Under the pieces are notes generated by a model. The model was not told the origin of the DNA. It saw only the letters and a program-made list of their open reading frames with translations, and did not search any database. The position numbers and the translations under genes are program-made. A stretch of 53,446 nucleotides of DNA, counting the filler, from Diploschistes diacapsis (taxonomy: Eukaryota), in assembly GCA_023645945.1 (NCBI GenBank). It is 3 parts of 3 records of this genome, joined end to end, with 100 filler letters (N's around TTAATTAATTAA, not from the genome) between each part and the next. Parts side by side here need not be neighbours in the genome. Positions count along the whole stretch, not along the records: positions 17,890 to 35,622 come from JALAIB010000438.1; 2 more parts are not named here. One strand, 5' to 3'. Shown one piece after another: positions 21,633-32,300 of this stretch (the stretch's first letter is position 1; each line of letters starts with the position of its first letter).

Positions 21633-24600
21633 CTACGTTATAGACCATTTGAGGTAAAATGCAGGCATCAGCAGCGCCCACAGCGCCGCAATAGATCCGC
21701 ATATACCCGTTGCACCCTGCACATCGCCTGACGCACTCAAATACGCCACAGAAACGGTCATGGCGACTGCTGCTACAAACATTGTAGCCCAGAAGATAGC
21801 GCTCCGATTTGGCCCCTCGACGATGCGGATGCCCCAGCCCTCGGTGAGGGCTTCCTCAAAGCCGCCCTGCCTGCGTGGGCTTGAAGATACGGTGGAAATA
21901 AGGTGGATGCTCGTTTTGAGCTTCGTGGGAAGACGACTGAGCCATTTGCGCTGCCTGTGCTCTTTTTGGGAGTTCAGATAGTGTAGGAAGACTTCCTTTG
22001 GCATGCAGGGCTTCTCAAAGCCATAGAGCTGCCCATTAATCGCTTCTGAGGACGGACAGCTTGGCTCGGCGAGGATGCCGACGAATTGCCGCTCTTCTAT
22101 ACAAAACTGTTTCCCGTCAGTATCGGGCTGCCTCGCCAAGCCCAGCTTACATACTTTAATGTATGAAAGATTCACCGGTTTGAGCAGGAACAACCATCGT
22201 CGGAAACCGCGGAGCTCGTAATAAGCTTTGCGGATCGCCTTAAAGAGTGCGCCATCGTTCTGGATCTGGCGAAGGTGAATCTCATTAAGCTTCACAACGT
22301 TCTCGCCCTGGTTAATGCAGAGCTCCAGGAAAGAGAGTTGGGGAGTGCAATGCCTAAGTATTGATGCTGCAGTCTCTGGGTCGGAGGTGCTAGAAGATGA
22401 GCTAATCGAGGTAGCTCCCGTAGACTTGCTACTATCACTTCTACTGCCTACGGATAAAGATTCCGAGTCCTCATAAGAGCTTGACGATAGAATTGAATCC
22501 TGCAAGCGAGGCGGTTCTGCGCTTGCACTAGGCGCAATGGTGCAGCCGGTCGCATTTGCCTCGGTAGCATCAATACCTTTGGCAAGGCAAGGGGACTTGT
22601 CCAGTTCACTCACAAGGTTTTGGAACGCCATAAAATCTCTCTTTGGAACGTCTACTACAAGAACTTCTCCACATTCCTATATATGGTTTAGCTTCATTAT
22701 TCATATGCTGGACTAGGGTTCTAACACATCGCCATCTTATCCTTCGGAGGCCAGGTCCAACCGGCCTAACAATATCGTAGACAGTCCGAGACAGCCTCTG
22801 ATATTTGCAGCATAGAGCTTCCATGAGTGGTGCGTGTGCCGTAGTCTTGTCGTTCGAACTACTCGCGGTAGTATCCAAAGCCTTAGTCTGATCTCTGGTA
22901 CCCTCTCTTGTAGGATCCAAGGTTTCTGATTCGATGCTCTCCTGTCCGCAGTCTGTTTCACTATATCCTTCAGCTTTCAGTCTGTATCGATCAGACATAT
23001 CCTTAATGTCTTCACACATCGCTTCAAACGGCCCGTCCTCAAGCAACAAAGCTTGTATTGCTTGCAAGGCGCCTGGGTCTAACCGCTGTCGCGGGGACTC
23101 CGGATCCGGCAGTAGGTTCGACGACGAAGGTAACTTGTATGTGCCATGTATAATCTCTCGAGGCCCGATTATTTTTATCTGATCTTGTTGCCCTCTGAAG
23201 CAACTAATAATCTCTCTGACAATCCACTCCTGCCATTGCTTTATCAAGTCAAGGGGTACCAAAGGTCGAATGTTGCTATTATTAATAGAACTAAATTTTG
23301 GAAACTCGAAATTGAAGTTGTTGCTAAAGTCCCGATTCGCACTAGAAGAGAATGGTTGGCCGATGGTTTCGAACGTGGGGGAGCTTCCGTTCGTGCTTGT
23401 CTTCAAGGCCACATGTTCTGGATATTCTTTGACCTCCACCTGGAGTTGATCAATCTGTGCTCGTCGCAAGAGGCCGTACTCATGGTTTGAGAATTCTGAT
23501 GCCTTTTCAAGCTCTTCAACTGTCTCCTCAAGATCTTGCAAGTGCTTTTCTATACGCTCCCGGAAAACAAGCTGCGCAGCTTGGTTTTGAGCTTTAAGTT
23601 TCTGCGTCATCAAATCAGTATTCTGATATTGAGAACTCGGTAGCTAGGAGCTTACAGTGGTAGGTTTAGACGTAAGAGGCTTGCGATCAGGCTTTGGTGT
23701 CTGTACTGTGCTGTTTCTAGCCTCGGTGTCCTGTATCTTACTTTCTCCATCATTTCCATCAGGATGGTCAGACTTCATCCAATTATCCCTGATGATTGAT
23801 TCTTCCGCCTTGTTTTCAATTCTATGAATATATAGATTCAAAATCTCTGTCAAGGCTGGGACGAAGTCTTGAGCAAAGGCGTATTTGAAAGCTTCCTTGG
23901 TTGAAGTTAGGAACCTGCCATCGTCTAAGAAAATGGCCAAGATCTCTTGGCCTATATCCCTATCGACAGCAGTGTCGAGACCGTAGCTCGTTTCACTAAG
24001 GCTTGATTTGTTGTTCAATAACATCTTCTGACGCGCTTTTAAGAGAGCATGGCCCGCATTCTCAGGCAACAGCGTCTGCTGGGGGTGTTGTAGAGGCTTG
24101 TAACGAAGCGCTCGTTTTTTGCCATTCAGACCGAGTTCAGACTCTTTCCCTCCATTCAGTGTTGCTTGAGACATCATATTGTGATCCTCACCAGCTTGCT
24201 TGTCGCCCTCGTGTTCTGCGTTTGTAGGTGTCTTGGGCAAGACTCTATCGCGGTAGGAGTTGGCTAATTCCGTTTGCAGTCTTGTTATTCGGTCCCTGTA
24301 AGTAACGCTCTACTTCGTTAGCAACTCAACTTCAACAGATGTTAGTGGCTCACAATCGCGCTCAACTTCTCTTCTTCGCTGTGCCCGGGAGGCAGAACTC
24401 CTTGCAAAAGAGTGCAGGCTGTAGCATATGCTGTGATTGCGCCCTCAAAATCGCGATCGTTGTCTAAAGATATAGCTCGATTCGCTTGATCAAGAGCACG
24501 AGACAGTAGTTTCTTCCGAGAGGACGTTGTTTTTGTATGGCCTTTATTCCGGACCTCCTTGGTTGAGACAAAAGTATTGGGTATAATTGAAGTAGATTTT

Positions 24601-26041
24601 TGTAGCGATGCCCGAAACTCACCGAACGGTTCCTGCGTATCTGGCAAAGCATTAGGAGATTCCAGAGTATCTCCATTAAGCGTGTCTCCATGAACCGAAG
24701 CAATCCTCTCTTCCGAAGATACTGGGAGCTCTCGAAGCCGCCAAGAGTCTGAATGCAAGGATGCTTCTGATTTCTTCGTGGAAAGCTTCTTTTTGACTCC
24801 TTGTTCTAGTGTATCGTAGTCGTATGGTTCCCGGGTTGGTTTATCAATTTGGGTGGAATATTCTGTACCTTTCTGCTCTTCCTGCAACATACTTTCAAAT
24901 TGCGCAACGCAGAGCTCTTGAAGAGTCTCGATCTTAACCGGATCTCTTCGCGCGGATACCGTCATCATCAAAGCATGTAAATCTACTAATGGAGCATCCA
25001 GAAGAAATTCTTGAATTGCCTCTGCCACTTTGGGTCTGTCACTCAAATGGTGCGATATATATATAAGCTCATCTTTAAAGGTTTTCAAGGTAGGCAAGTC
25101 TGGGTCAGTCGATCTGAAAAGCACAGATTGATGATCTATCGCTTTCGACAGCACCTCGTTGTGGGTAGGAAGTTGGATCTCGGCGCGATGATTCATTGCT
25201 GCTTGACGTGAGCTTCCGTATATAGCTTTATGTTAGGTGATATGCATTTACCTAGAGGCTTCGTCTTCTTTTCCGACATGATTCGAGGGCTTCGCAGTTC
25301 CTCCATAGAACGAGGCGGAAGAGCTCTTGTGTTCGTGTGAGGACCCTCATCCCAATCCATGCTCAAGCCTTCTAACCCTCTGGCATCATCAGGCAGCTCC
25401 GCAAGATCTCTTACCAGTGGCATGGTAGAAGCTTCCATGAGTGAATGAAGTTCCTTCTCCTGAGATCGTAGTCGTCCCCATGGTGTCCATCTGCTCAAAC
25501 GGAAGTCGAATCTCCTGTTGGTTGTTCCCTCCACTTCCGATCCCTTTTTGCGCTGTCTCAGGCCCATCCTGCGCGCGACCGGGACTGCGGGCTCAGCAAG
25601 CCCTTTCGTAATAGATGGAAACTTGGTTCTGCTGAAATTGTTTGGATCGTGAATCGGACTGTCGCCTTTGTAGGAATTTGGGTCAAGTGTGACGGCGTGA
25701 ATTGATTCATCATAAACATACTTAGCGGTTGGGTGTATGCCATCGGCCAGCGCAGAGTCATTAACTGGCTTCCAAATTTCCGCAAAGGCGTCGCTCCCGT
25801 GTACGACCGAGCAATGTCCTTGGAAATCCTTATATTCTCGGAACAGCCTCCGACGGCACTCTTTAGCAGGACAATAGAACCCATCAAACTCCTCGAACTC
25901 ATCCTTAACAATGCCTTTCCCAGACTCTACACTGGGCAATGATCTTCCACTAACTGTGGATCCCGGCTCTTGGGGAGTTACAACGTCAAAGGATTCGGAG
26001 TACTCTTTGGCGAGATCATTTGGGACGCGTCTCTTTGGCAT
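21633..26041 (-). CDS. Mosaic ~1386-aa protein: C2H2 finger, MIT-like domain, degenerate Yap1/AP-1 bZIP fragment, uncharacterised C-terminal module with two TM helices; exons 26041-25252, 25198-24354, 24309-23656, 23601-22726, 22676-22155, 22106-21633
   Basis: Five consecutive same-strand ORFs are joined in frame by 44-54 nt GT-AG introns with branch-like motifs; exon sum is 4161 nt. Junctions read PL(A)MNH, AI|SVTYRDRI, KPTT|KLKAQN, RWRC|ECG, YIK|FCI. Confidence 0.82.
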
Positions 26042-26318
26042 GTTGAAAGCGTAATGGAGGATACTAAACCAGAAACAGCAAGCTCAGAAGGCGAATACTC
26101 AGATAATCCTAGAAGAGCGCGTAAAAGCACATGCGCAAATCGCAACATTCACATAGAAGCATAAGATGACAGACATGAGGTTATCGACAAGAACATAAAG
26201 CCACCTACCAGTCATCTCATTCGATACCTTCTAAAACTCTACGCACTGCCCAAGGCTACATTTTGAGGCTCAAAACGAAAGTGAAAAAACGCCTCGCTAA
26301 CTGCAACCCTAGAACGCA

Positions 26319-26339
26319 GTCACATGATCATCACGTGAT
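26319..26339. promoter_or_regulatory. Tandem E-box-like sites ~290 bp upstream of the mosaic gene
   Basis: GTCACATGAT immediately followed by the palindrome ATCACGTGAT (bHLH-type core). Confidence 0.35.
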
Positions 26340-27312
26340 TGATTCCTAACCTTGCACGAGGAAACGGTTTTGTTATCCACGACCTTGAAGGGCAACTACC
26401 TGAATCCAAAAATTGTAACGCCCCCAACCGCAGAAAGACTACCGAGTATATCAGCTCTCCCTCTCCTTAAGGCGTCCCCATTCAGCACCGCCTCACGAAT
26501 AGCAATATCGCGCAGCATCAATCTCTCGTAAGCTCCCAACGGCCCAGCCACGCCCTACGCACACGTGTTACAACTTACTCACACCTTTCTCATATCCCAC
26601 GTTGTCGCGATCCTACCATACCACCGTCCATCATCCACCATCTCCGACAGTCTCCTCGAACCTCACTTCCTATTTTTCGCGCAAGAACAGCCACTTACTT
26701 CGCTTGGCTGTGAAGTCAACTGCCTGCAGCTGAATATTGCCGGTGGCATGCGCATTGCGGCCCCTATTTAACGGACTCCGTGTGCTGTGCGGGGCTTACG
26801 GTCGTAACTTCTGCAGCCGAGGTGGGTGGGGGCGAGTTTATGTGTGTTTGCTTCGGATGCGAGATGGCATCGATATGGAGAGTGGAATGGGATGTATGCA
26901 TTCTGGGAGGGAGAAGTGATATTATTCTCACATAGGATAGGCAACAGAAGGCAGCTCAGGAGTGAGAATAGGCAACCGGACATCGAGAATATCAGAGCTG
27001 CTTCAATTACTCAACTCCACCGTGAAGCGGCGTCATTGAAGCATCGGTAAGGAAGAAACGGTCTAGAACGGTCCTTTCTGCGGTAACAGTAGAAAAATCC
27101 CTAAAGTTCTGTCCAGCTAGATACCCTGCGCCTGTAATGACATGAGCGACCCTGGTAATAATAATAATAATACGCCAAGTTTTGAAGACAATTGGAAAGA
27201 AGCTCAACAGACCCATAACACCGCATATAGAACCGCCTATAACACCGCCTATTATATTCCATGCTTCGTAAGAGCAGTCTATGCCGACATGAAAAATCTC
27301 ATGCCCCAAAAA

Positions 27313-29358
27313 TTAGTCCTCACGCATCCTGATCATCCTCAGCCCAGAGTCAATCTGGTTGACAAAGTTATTCTGGGTAAATTCGCTCCATGTAGTGCAC
27401 GTCTCCGGGAGGATAGCTGGGATGCTGGTGTCATTTGTATAAATGCCCTGAGGCTGCTCCAATAAGTTGACGTAGAGGCCAGCGCTGACATGCCAGGCGA
27501 TGTGGCAGTGGAAGGGCCAAATGCCAGGGTTGTTCGTCTCGTAACCAAGAACGATATAAGATGGTTCAATCACGGTGCAATCCTTATTTTGACAGATGCC
27601 GGGTTCGAGGACTTGCACATCGCGGCGCTGCGGGTTTGAAGGGTTCTTGACGTTATAGCTACCGTCCCATGTACCGTTGCCAGCAGCAAGAACCCAGAAA
27701 TTGTGTCCGTGCAGATGCATAGGGTGGGCGATGGGGGATGAATTGATAACGTGCAGTAAAACAGAGCTGTTTGTGCCAAAGTTGTAAACGTTGCGTTGGG
27801 GGTCGAAATTGAAATTGCCGTTGTAAGCGTCAAGAAGGATAGGGTCGTTGTAGTCCGTGCGAAAAGTCTGACCGTTCATGTAGAAGAGTTCGTTGCACGT
27901 TGAGTTATCGCCGACGGTGATGTTGATAACCTGCTCAGTAGCGAAGGTGGAAGGAGGTGTCATGGAGAAGGCAGGCTCGGCTAGGTCTAGCTCTCCGGAC
28001 AAGCCGGAAGTTTTGCACAAGTCTGTGACATTCTGTGGGTTATTGCTAGGTACTGAGTGTGTATCTGCATTCGGATAGTAAATTGCGGCCAATCCTGTTC
28101 CTTGCTGAGCAGCTGAGCAGCCAGAGCTGGCATTGGCGCGCATCCAGTAAGAACTACCAGCATCGCCGGTACCAGAAACCAGAATATCCATTCTTTGTCC
28201 GACTCCCAGGGTAACAAAGTTTGCTGTGTAGGGTTGGATAGGAACGAAGTCATTGGCGATGACAGTCAGGTTGTGTTGATCGATCGAGAAGTATAGAATG
28301 GCTTCTGCACTAGGGTTTATCAATCGCAGCAAGTGAGTCTTTCCCGTTTGGAAACGGAATTTCGAAAGGCCAGCATTAGGACTACAAGTATGCTTTTCGA
28401 TATCAACTTCAATAAGAGAGCAATCGTAGTCCATCTTGCCATTGATTAAGGTGTTATTCGAGAAAACAATAGGCTGCGTGGGCTCAACAGCCTGCTCCAC
28501 TAGACGGTAGTAGTCTTGATGATTCCAATCACTGATCATCACAGGGCCGATGTCAATGTCATAAGGAGCGCTGGAAGGGCCGTGGATAATCATTGGTCCG
28601 AAGGATCCACCAGCGTACTGGGCCGAAAAGTGGGAATGATACCAGCTGGTGCCATAAAGATCTGCTGAGAAAGTATATACAAAGTCCTGCTCCGGTGCGA
28701 TTGGACATTGCTGAACGCCAGGGACTCCGTCAAAGTACGGGGTCTCCTTCTGAAGTAGACCATGCCAATGCAGGGAAGTGCCCTCCTGATCGACAGGAAT
28801 GCCATCCTCAATCGCGTTTGAGATGGCGTTGTGGACCGTAACTTGAATCGTATCGCCCCAATTTGCCTCGATCAGGGGTGCGGGAAACTGATCGTTGATG
28901 AGCAACATCGAGCGATTGACACCATCTGGGCTCAGCACGCCCCGAGAGATGGTGAAGTCGTAGAATCGAGTAACTCCGGTGTCCGGAGGAATCTCAGGAT
29001 TTGTATTACCGACGGTTGCATTACCCCAAGGAGCAGTGGCATGACGTGGAATGTGCCGAAACGGAACGGAACCTGTCGTATTCTAGGTCTAAGTTAGAGA
29101 AAATTCACAAATTCTCTTCAATCAACATACCTTTGAAGGTAGCCACTTTGGTAGGCCCGGGAATCTTAAGGTTCCAAAGGTCGATTTGCCATTGGTCTGG
29201 GTTTGACTTAGGCTCGCAGTCAATGAGTTTGACGAGGTAATGTTAGCGATCAAAGAAGTATTCACTCGCTGCACCTGTGGGGCGGGAGGGCAGGTAAAGT
29301 TGGATGGAAGGAGTGTGTAGTTCGTCGCGCCAATGCTAGCTGCGAGTGAAACAGCCAT
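27313..29358 (-). CDS. Multicopper oxidase / ascomycete-type laccase (AA1); exons 29358-29131, 29082-27313
   Basis: Copper motifs HWHG, WYHSH, HPMHLHGH and HCHIAWH-x4-L (Leu axial position); DTGVTR.YDF N-terminal motif; C-terminal DSGL plus short extension; 48-nt GTATGT..CTAAC..TAG intron. Start codon uncertain. Confidence 0.96.
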
Positions 29359-32300
29359 TTCGAGACCCTCCAGGAAATAGAGCAGAAATATAGACCCAGG
29401 TCCACTCGACGTTGCCCAGCTAGGGAAGTTATTATTTGCGTTGAAGAGGTGCTTGAAGGGCAAAAAAGAGAAGTTCCCGTAGGTTTAAATACACTCCGAG
29501 GGTTTGGATCCTCGCTGAGGCGTTGCTTTGGTTTCTCCAGTTCCTTAAAATCTTCCAAATATAGCCCAGTCAGCCACTGACCGATTGCTAACGTTTTCAG
29601 CCATTCTTTGCCGTCTGCTCTGCGGCACCGCTCGAATGGCATACTGGCCGAGGCTTCGTCCACGTCAATCTAAGGGACTGTGATTTTTGGTCCGCGTTGG
29701 AAACATTTCAGGAGGGTAAGCCGCCACAAAAACCAATAGCGATGGCAAGACTGGGAGTAACGTGAGGTGTCAGATGGCCATGGAAAACATTTACAAGGTA
29801 CTGTGACTGCTTCTTCTCCGATACTTTTCAAGCATAGTTGTAAAGCTCATGAACTCGGGCACGGTCCCTTACAGTGTCCACGGCCTCGGGCATAGCTGCC
29901 ACGTGGAATACCCGAGATTGCGGTCCAAGACCGTAGGTGATCTGTCGAATCCAGTTCTTTCAAATAACATGCGTTTACGGGTATATTCATTCACAAGTAA
30001 GCTGTACGCAAAGGCGAGCCAACCAGGTAGGATTTCTTGGGAACGCAACATGATTGAGTGGAGGCGGGATTGAATCAACGAAGGAGTGGACTGCTCCTCG
30101 CTCAAAAGGCCTGCTACGGTTCGAACAAGGACTTGGGAAGATTCCGTAACCCACGGGTCCGAGAAAACATGTTGAGAGTTGCGCTCAAATCCGGTGCGAA
30201 AGCATTGTGCTATGGGCCCTCCTGCGAAGAGATAAGCATCAGTGTAAATGGGGTCGATTGATCCAATATCAGACGATGATCTTACCTAAACTCAGAAATA
30301 TTCAGCCTCTGCGAAAACTCGGCGAAATTGACCCAACGCAACACGAGATGAGTCGGCGACAGAATGATGTGGTTGTAGAACGTAAGGCTGCGGGGATGGA
30401 GACCGGCTAAGGAATCGGTCATCGGCAAAGCATTTCACGTGAGCTTTCCTACTACGTTCAGTAAAACTATCTCCAGAATAGGGTTTTTCAGTATCTGCTA
30501 CATCGTATCGCACCGTCCGCGACCACTGCCTTGGCTTTGGCTTTATTGCTCTTGTCATATCATCATTCACACATGTTTCCTTTTTTGGCCTCTGTTTTTG
30601 CTAACAGGAATAACCGACAATAACATATTTCATATTTAGACGAGATGTCGGATTGGGAACCATGAGACTCCCCTGCCGGGCCTGTTGTGCTTGTAAGTTT
30701 GCTTATTCCAAGATGCAGCTGCAGTTGAGGTCGCCCACTATGCGGGCCTCTGCATTACGTATCAATGGAACAAGTGTATAGGGCAGGCTCGGCTTCTGTT
30801 GAAGTCCATCTTGTATTTTTTATCTGAACTTCCTAGGGCCTCATCGCCTTGATCTCTAACAAGTGTCTGCTTACTCACAACATCGGCTGCAGCTTTTATG
30901 TGCGCACGCTGTACGTAAGTCAACTTTATGTGACTTACTCAGTTTCGCCTCATCTTTCTTGGCATTATATCGTCAATAGATGCCGATGCCGAACCTGTTT
31001 CGCAAGCCTCAGTTCACCTTAGGCGCATAACAACCCGCTTCTCCTTAACGTGCTAGGCAGAGCTACAAATGCTTATGGGTCGTTTGCCACCATTCTCGTT
31101 GTCCGTTGTTGCACTTCGGGAGGTAATGCGTATGTTCGTCGTCCGAAGTTGTTGCAACCCCGCCAGACGGACACCTGTGACCTGCCAGCGCGGACATTAG
31201 AGGGACATAACGTGCACGAAATTTCATTGGCCGAGCTTCTAAATATAAGAATCCGGAAAGTCGGATACAGCTGCACCTGGCCCCAATACAAGATTCCGGC
31301 GACAACGAGATCAAAGTGGAAACGAGGTTTGAGTGCAAACCACGTGGGCCTCATGACAGCTGCATTGCAAGGAAGCTTAAGGACCAAACGGCAGCCAGAA
31401 TACGCATGGGACTACTTCTAAAATACCTAGCAAGCTCGTTGGCTCTCTAAATGGTACGAGTCTTTTCTTTGAGCCCCCTGATTGTGGCCCAGCTAAAGCT
31501 TTCTCTCGCTTGGATCAATTGGACTTCTTACGACTTGTGAGGGTCGCAAGCTGCATCACATACGATGAGACACTATATCCTCATCCCATCCTTCACCTAC
31601 CGTTATGTTCCCAATCTGAGATTCCAGGGTATATTGCTCAGCTCCGGCACGGATTGCAGCAAGGTATCTCTTGGCTTGTATTGCTCAAGATACTTTAAGC
31701 AGTTCAATCAGTAAGCATGAAAGGCTAGTAACTAGGAAAAACCAACTTTAGGCGGTCAAGTTATCCAGAGTGGTGGTTCTCGGGGCGTTGGTCTTTGCGC
31801 TAGATGCTAAGACCTAGAGGATCCGGTCCAGGACCTGCGCCCACATTCATCACCAATACTATAATCAGAACTGTGAAACTCGATCACTACAATCGGCTGT
31901 GTCACTACAAAGTCGAGTTAGAGTGACTACAGTTGAAGAAAATGCACCTTACTCCTGTTGCTACGACGCCGAAGATAGCATAGCGCAGTCTTCCTCAAAT
32001 GTCCTCGAGGACACAACTTCTATTAATAAGGACGACTGTGATCAGTCTGATATTCGCAAATCGTACGGAAGAGCATTCGGTGGGTCAGGCGATTGCAAAC
32101 TTATCGCTGGCACGCCGGAAGGTCCAGGTCAGATGGGACAATATGTGCATCTCGCCAACTCTTCATGGACAATTTGCGGGCACATGGCGAAAAAACTAAA
32201 GATGGATCAGAGCCACCACGGAAATGCAGAAAAACCAAGGGGTTTAGTGCAGCTGCAGGCTACTGCAACGTGGACATATTGCTCAGACTCGTTTCTTAGC

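Noticed and set aside
22606..23613. Stand-alone yap1 gene
   Set aside because: Basic region is degenerate, Cys-rich domains are absent, and the segment is spliced in frame into a larger unrelated gene.
27142..27465. ORF with NTAY/RTAY repeats
   Set aside because: Antisense to the laccase 3' end; the repeat comes from a 12-bp tandem repeat at ~27215-27252.
17890..29358. Secondary-metabolite cluster (SDR + laccase)
   Set aside because: No PKS, NRPS, terpene synthase or cluster regulator in the window; the SDR is a widespread CBR-like enzyme.
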